Below, piece by piece: positions 13,700-29,240 of a stretch of DNA of 64,000 nucleotides. The notes under the pieces are model-generated. The model saw only the letters and a program-made list of their open reading frames with translations. It was not told the DNA's origin and searched no databases. The stretch lies in assembly GCA_021613535.1 (NCBI GenBank), contig CP075492.1, forward strand, positions 9,176,001 to 9,240,000, read 5' to 3'. Within the stretch, counting starts at the first letter, position 1; each line of letters begins with the position of its first letter. A program made the position numbers and the translations under genes. Source of the DNA: Adineta vaga. Its lineage: Eukaryota > Animalia > Rotifera.

Positions 13700-16600
13700 A
13701 TGGCATCCGATTCGAAAGCAGTTGGTAATCATGTAACAAAAGAAATCGAATCTCGGATAAAGTAATCAATTAACTAATGCATTTTCATTTCTTTTTATCT
13801 ATAAATATCGTTTAGGCAAATACCTGAACATATATTCGAAGCTTTCCTAGAAATTCGTGAACCAAATGATAATGAAAGTGAGTAAAATCTTCATGATTTT
13901 CTTGTCAATCTTTTTTTTATCGTATTATTTTTAGCACCGAAAGTTTTACTTAAATATCCGAATGATTGCTCCGAAGAAATTCTTAAAACTGTAACAAGTT
14001 TTGCTTATCCATGCAAAATACCATCGTAAAAATTTATATAAGAACACGAAAGAGAACGAAAATTCATATATTTTTATAGAGATGAACAAAGTGAACTATT
14101 CGCTTTCGTAGTACTTGATCCAACTAGTACATCATTTCGTTTTGGATATTGTCGACGATCGAATCGAGAAGCTACATGTCTCTGTATGATCAGGTAAACA
14201 AATTCGTTTTTTTCCTCTTCAAAATCTCGTTTTTTTTATTGTAAATTTTGAAGTTACTACCCATGGTTTGAAACATTTTATACAATTCTGAATGATTTAG
14301 CACAAATGATCAATTCAAAAGCAGTAAGAATTGTTTGCTTTATTTTTTCTTAACATAAATATCTGTTCATATGTACAGTTGGATGATCTTTCTGAGCCAA
14401 TGAGTTTAGTAGGTGTTTGCTGCTATGCACGCTTTATATTCTGATAGTTTTTCTTTTAAATACGAATGATTTATTGTTTCTTTTTCTCTACGACTAGACT
14501 TCAGATATGGAACAATTTCTATCATCATTATATAATTATAAATTAATGTCTAATGACGAATTTTTTAGAAATGAAGGAAAAGAAATCATTGAAATCAATG
14601 GTCTTTCAAAAGTAAATGAAATTTTGTTTATTTGAAATTCGTTCTTTTTCGAACGAGAGGAAATGTTTAGATTTATACATATACTCGACCTGATTCAAGA
14701 AAACTACCGTCAATGTTATCTAATGTAAGTATTTAGAATAGTTGCTTTATTGACGAACAAATTTTGAGTGTATGATGTTTCCTTTAGCGTAATTTCACTG
14801 TTATGTTTTCTCGATTGGGACCTGAGATAATGCTACGTCTCTTCGCTCATCTACTTTTCGAACGACGTATTCTATTTGTTTCATCGAAATTATTTCATTT
14901 GACTGGTTCGTCAATTCCCTTCATCATTAGTTGAATTTTGAGCAATTCTTTTCATTTAGCATGTGCCTATGGATGTTTACATTTAATCCATCCAATGCAT
15001 TGGTAAAAATGGGTTCTTTTTATTACTTAACAATCATGATCTTTTGTTCTATAGGCAAAGTATCTTTCTACCCATTGTTCCTTCGTCGATATTATGGACA
15101 ACATCATGTACTTCTCCATACATTCTTGGTGTACATTCAAGTGTATTTTCAACATTAAATATGGATGAATTAGGTGATGTTGTAGTCGTGAATATCGATG
15201 AACGAAAATTAGAATCACATTATGATGATCTGAATCTATTTCCGAAACATTTAATACGAAGTATGAAAAAAGGTATTCAACAATCGTCCCAACAAGCTGG
15301 TGATCATCTTGCTAGAGTTTTTCTTCGTGCAATGGCATTTTCAGTTGGTAAGTCAAAATATAAAAAGTTGAATCTTTCATCTAATGTGTTTGCGTCTATT
15401 TTAAAGGTAATTATGCGAATGGATTTACTTTTAAAAATGAAAAATTAGATTTTGATCGAGATCTTTATCTTGAACAATATCTTGGATCTCATGTGCATTC
15501 TTTCATGTTATCTGTTGCGAATACACAAATGTTTGAACAAGTTAGACTTCGATTATGAACCTATATTTTCCATTGCACGCATCAAATATTTTTATTTTTA
15601 GTTCTCACGATATCGTACTTATGCACAACTTGAACGTGAAACAGACATCGATGAATTTGATATCGAAGTGAAAAATTTACAACAACTACAACAATCCAAA
15701 AAAGTAAATATGAAAAGGAAATGAATTGAATTGTTTCAGTTACAGATACAGGAGACTGCACCTACTGAAATGCATAAGCTGAATCGAGATTAAGTCGTAA
15801 TTTGGATTCTTTTAAAGCGAAATAACATTTCTACCAATATATCACGAAATTATTGAGTTCGTCGATTATTTTTTTGTATGATTTCTGTCGATGATCGATT
15901 GCATGATGTAACTTCACTAGGGAAATGTTCAAGTCATATCTGATGAATCAAATATACCTCTTCAATTCCCATACGTTTCTGTTCTCTAATTAAATATAGG
16001 GATTCTCATCAATGAATACATTCTTTCTTTTAGTTCAAAACAAACAAAAAGATTTACAAACTTTTAGAAAAAGTAAGTTAATCAAGATTATTATTCATTT
16101 TTCTTTCCTGTTCATAATCGAAGAAATGATACATATAAACGATATGAAAAACTTTTATAGTACGTAAAAGATGGTACAATAATTCACAGTAGTACGAATG
16201 AAGAAAAAGATCGTACAAAATCACGAAAACGAAAATCACTTATCGATTCAAAAGATGAAAGGAATAAGGTATCATATATCGAAATTGTCAATGCTTTACA
16301 ATGCTCTTTGTGGTTTTCTTTGCTCTTTGTGTTCATTATTTCATTTTATATAGTTGACAGAAGTAGTATGAACGTCTCTTTCTCTCTTTCCTCTCTCTAG
16401 GCAGCCAATCCACTTCTTGAACAAGTTCAAAATAAAGCCGAAAGATTTCAAACAGTTGTAAGTTAAAAAAACCTGCAGTAATTGCATTATGTTTTATTGA
16501 AAATATCTTTTAGATTAATAAAGCGGGACAACGAGTAGCTAGTGAAGCATCTTCCGTAAGAAATAATTTATCATCCTTAGATGTAAGTGTAACGAATATT

Positions 16601-17785
16601 GATAATGGAAATAGAGAGTACATATATATTTTAAATTAGATCAATGATCCTTTTCGACGAAATCATAATTCGAAAATGAATGATTCAGTAAGTTATGAAG
16701 TTGAACATTTTCTTTTTGTTCACTCGTAATTTTATATTAAGATTGAACCAAATCACCTTAATGCAACGAAGACAACATATGTACGTTTTTATCTAATGAA
16801 ATATTTGCTTAGGATTCTTTTCTATTCTAGTCAAGCACACCTGATTTAGTGAATGAAAAGTAAGTGATTGTGCTCATATCTTTTTTTTGTTATTTTCAAA
16901 TATGTAGATCGATACCTTACGAAAGATTCAATCCTGGAAATTCTGAGCCACGTTTAATCAATGGTGATCGTGTCGTTTCTTCATCATCTGAATCTTCTCG
17001 TTCATCGACTCCTGAACTTGACCAATATAAAAGTAATCCATTGATCAATTTCGATAATGAAGATGTATGATAATGAATTTGTTGTTCCTCAGAATTTTTA
17101 CTTATTGTTTTTTCTTCTCTAGAATTTACTACTACCATCTCCTGTTATTTTGAATGTTATCAATACTCCACTTGCTACACCAACACCTCGTCAAACACCT
17201 CAAATCGATTCCAAAATTAAACAATTACAAACTGAACTTCAATTTAAAGTACAAACATTCGATGGCAAACGTATTGATCCTCGAAATGAATATGGTGAAC
17301 AACAAACCGAAATAAAACGACTTGTTCAACAATTTGACCCACTCAATGATTTGAATGACACACCTAAGACTTACCGACATCCAAGTACAACTTTTACTTC
17401 CGTGCCTCTTATTCATCGATCCGAACAAAAACCAACATCTAGTACGGTTAATCGTCATCCATCAATTTATGAGAGCATTCCAAGAAATCGTGTTACAGCC
17501 GTTCTACAAAATCTTCAAACAAATTATGGTACAACTAGTCGTAGTGCTCTACGACCAAGTGTTTCCCTACAACAACCCCAACAAAGTAAACCAGTGACTG
17601 GCTTTTCTCCAGGATCAACTGCGCCTGCTGCTCTCTTTCCAAAAATATGTATGCCGATTTCAGATGATCCAACATTAAGTTTTGATCCTTTAGCACCATC
17701 ACCAGAGAAAAGACTGTATTCAAATATTTCATCATCAACAACAAGTCCGGAGATCAATGGTTCGAATTTAATTGATTTTAATTAA
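13700..17785 (+). CDS. DENND1: DENN domain protein 1 (connecdenn-like Rab35 GEF)
   Basis: About 20 small exons. ESRIKQIPEHIFEAFLEI, FAFVVLD...FGYCR...CMISYYPWFETFY and LLFERRILFVSSKL...PYILGVH match DENND1. The tail has DPF/FDPL motifs and a clathrin-box-like end NLIDFN*. Confidence 0.9.
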
Positions 17786-18124
17786 TAGATTTTATCCTTT
17801 TTTCATCTCTTGCCGACGCATTTTTTCTTTTTTTTAATTTTTTCGTCTTTCATAATCTTATTGATCCTTTTCTGTCTTACATACAATCGATTTTATGCTT
17901 CTGAATGATGATAATATGTGTGAGTGTAGATTTTATGCAATTATTATTATTATTATTATTATTTCTGTATTAATTTTTGTGAATATAATAGTTGTTACGA
18001 AACGAAAGAATATTGTGAATTGATCTTTTTTTTTATATGCCTATTTTCTTCTATTTTAGACCTATTGGTCTTCCTTCCATCTTATGTCATTCCATTCAAA
18101 TCCAATAGAAATAAATAATCAACA

Positions 18125-21100
18125 ATGGACGATTCATTAATCAATCCTTTTTTACTCTCATCATCAGCTCATCTTGAAAATGTTGAACAGTTAATCAAAA
18201 ACATCGAAAAACAAACATTTATTGCTGATAATTTCTCAAATATATCTCACAATCATCAAACCAAAGAAACACTATTCAAATCATTCTCATCAATCTCACC
18301 AAATATTACATCTTTCGATAATCATCTTCATACGAAAAGTATCTCACTTCCCAATGGTGCTTCGATCAATGATGAACATCCTTCAATTGAGAATTTTTTA
18401 AGACAAAGTCAGTTATTTGATACAGATGGATCAAAACAACAACAACTACTACTTCCACCGTCAGTCAATGATCAAAGTTTATTTCATGAACAAGATGTTA
18501 CATATACATGGGATGATCAATATGATCCACGATCGAATTATCGTTTAACTTTCAGTACAGATAAATTACAACAGACAGATACAAAGTCAGATAAAGTTCG
18601 TCGATATAAGCATCGATCAACAAGTCAAAAGATAAGTCCGATGTATTTCGATGATGATGTTTCGTTAAATATTAACAATAATATGAACGATTGGTCCATG
18701 CGATCATCTTCCAATACGTTGGAACAATTAATGAATCCACCACCACCACCACCACACAATTCTTCACCTCGCCATACACCTCCTTCACAACAACCGCAAA
18801 CGAATCCAACTAATCAATCATCAGGATCATCGACAACATCATCCTCAACATCATGGCGTCAGATGAAAGAAAGTCAACGGACAATGGCCGGCATGGAAAC
18901 AAAAGATGCTCGACCACCATCACCCTTATGTTTATATAAAATTTTTCAACAAAAATCAAATACAAATTCATTGTCAACTGCTCGCGGTATTGTTCCATTC
19001 AATCGTCTTCAAAAAGATCTTGTCAATTCTAATCATATCAATGGAATAACAACAGATAAATCTTATTCATCTAGATCACGTTTGAGTGCTGATCAAGCAA
19101 ATCAAACATCAATTCATGCACATTGTTCATCGAATAATCGCCATCGTTCAACATCTGTTGCAGGTTTATTACAAAACTATCTCTAGTTTTTTATTTCTAA
19201 TTTTCTTTATTTATAGCACGCAAATCTGATTCCTTCGATCAACTTACCATTCCAACGGCAACACTCATTCACAAATCTCTACCAGATCTTTCTTTTATTT
19301 CTCAATATTCCAAAGAATTACCCCAATCTCGTGCAACATCACCTTCAACATTTCTTGTTAATAATACTCGAACAACACCATCTCCAACAATCGTTCAACA
19401 ACCAAAACAAGATTCTGATCGACCTCGTACATTAAAATCAATTAAACGCTATAAAAACAGTAAACATTCCACGGAACCTCTAGGTGTTTTCTACAGTCCA
19501 CAATTACGAAAAACATTTGCTGCTGTACCACTAATGACTGAATCAAGTACACCCTTACCTAGTGAAAATACGACTAAATCATCATTGTTATCCACATCTC
19601 AAACATCAAATCTAAAATCTTGTCTGAAATCTGTATCAAGAGCTAATTCTTGTGATATTCAAAACATTATTGAAGAATATAAATTACCATTCTCAATTTC
19701 GAAATCTACCGATAATAAAGTAAGAATAAAACAAAATGTAAAAATATATTCTCATGTGATCTATTCAGAAATTACTGTCTTTCTATTTTCTTTTCAGAAT
19801 TCAAACTTATCATCATCATCATGCATCCGTCGTAATCCTAGTACTGATAATGTCAAACATTTAGATACAGTTTGTTTATCACGAATTTCTTCGAATAAAC
19901 TTACTGCATACAATCTACCAGATTCATCTCGAGGTCATCATTCTGAACATGATTTAATCTCATTAATTCCTGATGATAATGCTACAAAGAAGAGTATTAG
20001 TTATTCGGAAGATATTTCCAAACAATGTCTATCACCTTGTAATCCTACGATTGCTTTTGATGATATACTTCCGTTGGAATTACATGAAAATAACAAACAA
20101 TTAATAAAACGAACTACAATACGATGTAGAGACATGCGTCGATGTCAAAGTAAGTTATTTGAGAAGGCTCATCTGATTTGTTTGATTCAAAAGAAAGAAA
20201 CTTAATCCCGACACGATAATGATTATATATATATATATGTTGCTATTAATCCGATACGATAAAATTCGTATTTATTCTTCTCTCCTTTTAGCTGACATTA
20301 TTGTTGTTGATCCTGTTCTTCACTTACATTCATTTACTGACAGTCCACCAAATGAATTTTGTTTGCAACGAGACGATAATGATGATGTTGATGATAATGA
20401 CGATGAATCAGTGATGAAAAAATCGACGATCAATATCATACCGAATCTTGACGAATCAGTACCTATCAAAGAAATTCCTTCACCTTCTTCATACGATAAA
20501 GAAAAGAAATTATCTATATCAATGAATACATCAACACTTGATAGTATGTCAAACTTTCTATGAATCAATAGTTCGTAAACTCAATCCTTTTCTTTTTAGA
20601 TATTGTTGAAACTATCAATAACATTATCAAACGTTTATTGGAAATAAAACAAACGAATAAAGTAAAAGAAATGAGAAATTTTGATAATTGACATTTGCTT
20701 GCTTTTTTTCTCTCTAATAGATCTTCTTTCTTGATAATGAACAGAATTTACAATTAGATGCAGTACTTAAAAATGATCTCTGTCCGGCAATTCAAACAAT
20801 TCTTGAACATGGTCGAAAAGATTTGAAAAAAACTACTCTTTGGAAAATAATTGAATCTTCAATTGATAAAAATCCTTCTACAATAGGTCAAATTCCTTTA
20901 GTCTATCAAGAAGCTAAACTAATCGCACAGAATACATCGTCCTATTGGTTATTCAAATTTCAAGCTTTTATCTTTTTCTTATTAAAGTATGTTTTTTTCT
21001 TCTTCTTCTTCTTCTTCTTTTACATAAAACTGAATTTATTTCATCTAGTAAAAATGAATTAATTAATTGGCTTTATTATTTCACTCGACAAAAAGATATT

Positions 21101-21736
21101 CTTCAACGTTATTATCAGTCACCTGATGCTTTAATACTCGTTTCAGTCTCAGCATCATTTAATCTTTTCGAACGAATTATGACTCAATTAGAAAAACTAA
21201 CAACATTGGCTTTTCGTTTAACATATCATACACCAGATCTATCATCGATCAATGACGATCAATTGAATACATCATTTATTAGTATTCATCCAACAAAAAC
21301 TTGTGCACGTGATTGGGTAATGACTATATCGAGACGTACACCAAAACCATTGACTCAACCAACCACACAAAATCTTTCTAATGATACATTTCGTTCAACA
21401 TTGTCAAAAAAATTTAATGCTCTATTCAATAAAACAAATCCATCACAGCAATCAAAATCATCGCCAGCAATCACTACCAAAGTATCTGGATCAAGAAAAC
21501 AAAGCAAATCACCAGCATCGATCCATCGCGCACGTTTTCCTCTGGTTTTCAGTAATGCACCAACAACAGTTACAACTAATATCTCCAGTCCAAAAATAAA
21601 ATATACCATAAGACCAAGTACATGTTCATCTAATGGTACAAATGTGATAACTCAATCGAAAATTCCACGTCCATCATTGAATGTTGATAAACCAAAATCA
21701 GCTCGATATTGTTCTACAGCACCATCATCAAATTAA
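18125..21736 (+). CDS. RUN-domain protein (RUSC/Iporin-like) with long Ser-rich disordered regions
   Basis: About 7 exons. RUN-like block LKNDLCPAIQTILEHG...LWKIIESS...FQAFIFFLLNKNELINWL...LQRYYQSPDALI at about 20720-21230. No SH3 domain seen. Confidence 0.7.
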
Positions 21737-22269
21737 ATTTTGTGATTCATTTTTTTTTCTTCCGTTTTGTTTTGTTTTGTTATCCTTCTTTTATTAATCA
21801 CTTTAATTCTATGCATTTTTTCTTTGTTTTATCCGGATTTTATGGGTTGTTATTCACCACGTTTTTTTCTAATTCATCTATGTACAAGTGCTCAGATTTT
21901 TAATATCGATAATTCAAATAATAATTTGATAAATTAATTTGTTTCCAATGGTATATGACATCGCGATTCAGTCCTATAGCAATAGATATATCGACTAAGT
22001 TGATGTATTGATGGTTCTAGCTCGTATCTAACTACATGCTAAGTTGTAATCTATCTGAATTAGCACTGATTCTAAACCGTACTGAAACAATATCGATCAC
22101 GGTAGTCAGATCTGTTTGGTAGTATATAAGATTTTGAAGCCGGTAGAATGATCTCATGAAGCATAGCGATAAGAGTGCATGAATATCGATCGCAGAAAGG
22201 ACACTACCTGATAGGAAATATTTCGTTGCTAACAAAATATTAACTTTTTTTTCTATTTCAGATTTGATC

Positions 22270-23021
22270 ATGGCAGAAGGAGGTCATCAAACAGCATCAG
22301 CTTCCACATCTTCATATAATGATGTCAATGAACAGTTTCTTGCAACTTTAATTGAAATGGGTATTCCTCAGGAAACAGCTCGCCAGGTTAGTCATCTATT
22401 AAATCAATCAATTCTTTGAAACAAATATTCTAGGCTTTGAAACGTGTTGATAATCGAAGTCTAGATGCAGCTTTAGCCATTGTTTTTGGTGAACCAACTC
22501 CGTCTACCGATCAAATCAACGTAGAGCGATCCACTCAAATCTCTCAATATGTCAGCACTTTTGCATATGTAAAAAATGACATTTCAAATGCTGTTTTCAT
22601 TTAGGATACAATACCTATCGATGATAGAGATGCTGAACCAATACCACATAAAATGTTATTTGTTGTTAATGGTACCCTACAAATGAGTTCAGGAAAAATG
22701 GCTGCTCAAGTTGCTCATTGTGCAATTAGTTTATATCAAAAACTTCTCGACAGACGATCAAAAGCTTTGGAATATTGGCAAGAATACGGTGAAACAAAAA
22801 TCGTTGTTCGTGGTCAATCAACCGAAGAATTACTTGATATTGAATCAAAAGCTAAAAGCAATCCATCTATCATAACAGCTATCATTGAAGATGCTGGTCT
22901 AACTGAAATTGCCAGCGGTTCAATTACATGTGTCGGTCTTTTCGGTACTAATGAACAATTAAAACCAATAACTGGTCATTTAAAACTAATGCAAGATTGT
23001 TTAAAATGTAGTGGAAAATAA
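22270..23021 (+). CDS. UBA domain plus peptidyl-tRNA hydrolase 2 (PTH2) domain protein
   Basis: Three exons. UBA: LATLIEMGIPQETARQAL...SLDAAL. PTH2: KMLFVVNGTLQMSSGKMAAQVAH...GETKIVV...DAGLTEIASGSITCVGLFG...ITGHLKL. Confidence 0.88.
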
Positions 23022-23104
23022 TCGGTTCTGCTAAACAACTACAAAATGTTTTATTTTGTTTTGAGAAAAAAAAAGAAAAGAAAAGAAAGTGTTTTCTGTC
23101 ATGA

Positions 23105-24229
<1,125 letters not shown>

Positions 24230-25827
24230 TATCGTGCTCTACTGTTCTTTCCAAAGTTTGATGATCAGTGAACAAAATGAGACTAACTAGACTGATTTGA
24301 AGAATTTTCTTCTTCGATCTTCGATGGAAACATTCACCAATCATATTTCTAACAAATCCATTGATTATCCAATGAGAGACTTTCTTTTCCTTAATTTTTC
24401 TACATTGATTTCAATTGACGAAAGATAGCATCCGGTACTTGATTATCAAAATGTTGTTCATTGTTCGAGCGATCCGGATATGCAAAGTGATTTATGAACT
24501 TCATTCGAATGAGTTTGTCTAGATAAAAATCATCAAGAACAGATGACGAAAAAAGACAAGAATGTTATTCTGTAGACTATTCATTGAAGAATAATGATGA
24601 CGATAATGGGACAAGTATACATTGAACGTTCCGAGAACGAATAATCAAGGCAGAAGAACAGGAAATATGTATGATGCTCAATGAATACAGATGCTTGTTG
24701 TTTAGTTGTATTGACGAAAGTAATGCTATTTCTTTTTTTCTCAAGCAAACGAACGAGACTTGATATAACAAGTGGATGTTGAGAATATAGAAAGAAATAA
24801 TTCTTCACTAAATAAACTAATCTTTGCATGTTGATATTGATGAATCTACACATAGTTTCATACCATTCATTTTTAGATGTGTCCTTTTGAAACTGATTAA
24901 GTGATAAGATTGCCTGTCATATACTTTGGTATGACATATCTTTTTTTGTTAAAAAAAGAAAAAAAAGAAAAGCTAAATATCGTAAGATTGTACTAGTCAT
25001 CATTAAATTATCTTTTCATTCGAAATCTCTACGTGTTAAATCAAATGTTTGTGACCTAGATAGATTTTTTCAATTGAAAACGAAAACGTTAAAGCCTTTT
25101 CACATTCTCTTTCTATAAATGAAAATCTTTTATCTCTTGTACATGTCTTAGATGTATATATAAATATATATCTATATACATCAATCCCAATAAGTCAAAA
25201 CAATCTCTTGCTTGTCTATTGACAAAACGTGTCAAACAACACTTAAGGATTATCGATAATAGAGAAGACATCTATCCTTTCTCCTCCTGGATTAATTGTA
25301 TAGAACAATAATACAGCGGTTGAAGAGGAAAAAGAACAAGAAGAATTCAATCCAAGCATGCGTAATTGTCAATTGTCAAAGAAGCAACAGAAAAGAATTG
25401 AGCCTCTTGTCACACGTGCTTGTCATTCATCGAAGAAATCAGTTATGTAACAATGATAACATTATCAAACTAGGATGTTTAGTTGTTGATCATCATTTTT
25501 ATTCAAGTAAGATTGGTCAACGGATGATTGATATATAGAACAAAAATCCGACGACAACGACGACAATAGATATGAGTGACATGATATAAATGACGGCACG
25601 TTCGGCGCATCATCGAGATCCGAGAAAATGTTATCGAATAATTTTAATTGCACAACGGATTTATAGTAAAGAATTAGAAGAGAAAAAAACAAAAAAACGA
25701 ACACATACACGTACAAGGAGAAGATCAGTCAGTCGAATAGTGATTGACTTTTATTCAGAACAATAAATCGAAAGAAGACGTAGAAGACCAAGACAACAAC
25801 AAACTTAACGATAACGATAAAATACTG

Positions 25828-26689
25828 ATGCATCCTTATACAGCAAATTATCCTATTCCAACATCTTCACTTTATCATCCATCATTATCATCTTTTGTTC
25901 ATCCACTTATGCCTTCTGTTAACACAAGTGTTATACCACCATTCCCTTTTTTTCATGGATCACCTGATCGATTTACTGGTAAGATTTTCAGATAGAAAAT
26001 GGAGTTCAAAGAAGAATAACATTTTCATTTAGAATTTCTTTTGGATTCTCGTCATCCACGAAAACAACGTCGATCACGTACTGCTTTTACCAGTCAACAG
26101 TTACATGCATTAGAACGATGTTTTGTTAAAACACATTATCCTGATGTTGTTATGAGAGAAAAATTAGCTCTTTATACTAATTTACCTGAAGCTCGTGTTC
26201 AAGTAATCAATTCGATGCGTATAATTTTATACAGATATGAATCTTTTTATTTAGGTATGGTTCAAAAATCGTCGAGCTAAATATCGAAAAAAACAAAAAA
26301 TCCTTGTTGACGCATCAAAAAAACGAACAACAGGTGTAACTGATGCTGAAACAAGTGACGATGAAGATGATAATGATACTGATTCAAATTCAAAAGACAA
26401 TTCAATGATGATGAAGACATCAAAAGTTGCAGGTAGATATTCTTTAGTCTGCAATATTGTGTTTTCGAATACTTTTGTTTTAGATGAAGGAATTACAACA
26501 ACAATACAAGCACCATCGAGTTTACTATGTCATCAATTATCACCATTAATTCGCATGTCATCATACACATTAAATACCGAACAAAATTTCAAAACTGATT
26601 CATCCATATACAATTTATCGACGAATGATCCACTATCAAAATGGCGTCCAAATGCATTAAAATATCATATTGAAAGTTTATTACAGTAA
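25828..26689 (+). CDS. Dmbx1: Paired-class K50 homeobox protein Dmbx
   Basis: Spliced homeodomain [48 protein letters not shown]|[30 protein letters not shown] and K50 fit Dmbx. Four exons. Confidence 0.88.
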
Positions 26690-29240
26690 CATAATCTTGA
26701 GATAAAAAAAATATTTATAAAAAGTAATTGTCTTTCATGAAAATAATAATCATCAATTCTCTAAGACAAAGAGAAAATTCTCGAATCATTAATTTATTAT
26801 TTTTCATAGACTTTTACCTCTAAGCAATTCGTCGTTTATTGAAAGAAGATATTTGAATAATTGTTGCGAATTTCAATGAGATAGATGTTAGAAAACATTT
26901 TCATTCTCATTATATGTTGACAGTTATTATTCTAGAATTGAATAAAAAAAGTTATTTTGTGAATTGAACGATTTTGATCAGATCCATCATTCTTCAAAAA
27001 TCTCATGTCAAGATTTCATCAAAATCATCATATTGTATTAAGCAGTAATTTGTAAGGTAGCCATTGACTTTTCATCCGTATAGCGTTGAGTAACACCTGA
27101 ACTTTGTCAACTGTGAATAGATGAATTTTCTCAGAGATAAAATATAATGGACATTCAATGATATAACATTTCCATTAATGCATACGCATTTATCGTGACT
27201 TGTATAATATGATAAATGAGTTGGTGTAGGCAATAAATTTCGACAAACTATACTTTTTCGATAGTCATTTCATCTTCACAGACCTGTATAGTGAAATATA
27301 CTATACAAAATTTGAGATCTTATATTAATTCACAGCTTTATGAAATCTGATCAATAAAAAGGCAAATAAGTAGACTGTTTTCATTTACAACCATCATTCA
27401 TTAACACTTAAAATTGAACAAACTCTTTCCACCAATGTGTCAGATCGTCACGAGTTGTATCGTATCACCTATATAACATAACTGTAATAAATACAAATTC
27501 ATCTATCCGTCATGTGTTACAAGCAAAATGAAGCGCATAATTATAATGGATAGAAAATGTCTACGGTTAGAACGAACATCGAACGAATATACATTTTAAT
27601 TAGATATTGTATGAATTCATTTGTTATTTATATGTAGACAAACATCGATCCTGATTCGCTATATTGTAATTATGCATTTCATCGCATCCATATACTTCTT
27701 GGAATACATAGCGTTATTTTCTTAGAATTATCTAAAAGTTTTAAATGACAATGACTTTCGTATATACTTTAAACAAAAAAAAAAAGAAATACTTTAAGAT
27801 AACATGAAAGTATTGATAGACAAGAAGAGACAAAAGAAAGGAAATGTTATCAATAATAGCATGACATATGATCAAAAAGAACGACGTGAGATGGCCTCAA
27901 GTCAAATATGTATGTATTAATTTAGAAACAAACTGTCCTCGAGTACATTTCAGCTATGTATTGTTTAGAAAATTGAACTACTTACAGTGCTTCGAGTTGT
28001 TATTGCAGGTATTTTCTCAGTTGGAAATCTGATATATGAAATGCTTGAAAATACCTCTTGCTATATTCGATTTCAATTGTAATTAATCGATTGTGAAGAT
28101 TCATTGAATATGTTAGGATGTTGTCTATTTACTTTTCGATGATTCTGGTATGATAGAGGTGAGAAAAGGATTGATAAAAGTCGAAGTATGTAAACACACC
28201 TGCTATGAGATTGAAATGAAAAGAAGCAGTATTCATTTTTCTTCGATCTATGGTTTAAGCTCAAAATTGTTGATATTCCCTGTCACCTTTTCACACCTTC
28301 TATGAATGAATCAATGAATGATCAATTTCATTTTGATCAGTTTTAATGATAGTATCGAGAGCAATGAATATTCGATTTTAAATCATGAGAAAATAACAGT
28401 GATGAAATGAGAAGGTTATGATTAGTTCTTTGTAGTAAAGTGTGATCAACATTATCGTATAGAAAATTCATTGAAGTAAAGAGATGATTTGTTTCGTTTC
28501 TCACACATATACAGTCTTGATGGTTATTCGTTTTCTTTTTCTTCTTCATTGAGTCGATCAAAGAATGTGTCAACAGATCGCTTGACTGATCTTCCATCTA
28601 AGACTAGATCTCAATCGCATAAGGTGACAATCATCACTTCGTTTGTGTTGTAACAGTCGGATTGTTCAAAGTCTATTGTTTTTTTTCAACATACGTCTGT
28701 AATCAAATTAGTATGTTGAAAAAATTCTTAACACATCAAAACAGAAAGCAAAAGAAACGAATGTTCAATGAGATTGAACTTTCATATTTTTATTGATTCA
28801 CCTTTGGTCAACAATGTATAGGATAACTCTTCCTTGTTAAGTCAACATCATTTAAATACAATTGTATCTATTTAACATAAACAAATATATGAATATGAAC
28901 GATAGAATAACAGGCAAGTCGACAGTTCATCGTTTGGAAGAAAAAAATTGAAAGCCTCAAGCATCATCTAACGAAGAAAATTTTAATCAGAAAACATTTC
29001 ATACCAGGTGTAGAGATGATTATCTAATCGAAGTGTTTATGTTCGAAGAAGATTGATTGTCGTTTCGTTCCGCCTCTTTCTCTCTCGCTTCCATTTCATT
29101 ACACCTGTACATTATGTCATCCCAAGTATTATATTGAAGAATCATTGAAAAACAAAAATTTATATACATAAATGTGTACTGAATAAATAGACTTTAGTCA
29201 ATGACAATGATCTCAAATTTCACATGAACGTGTAAAATGA

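Noticed and set aside
15739-15792. Alternative terminal exon of DENND1 (LQIQETAPTEMHKLNRD*)
   Set aside because: Needs an intron of about 36 nt with a weak acceptor; unsupported without transcripts.
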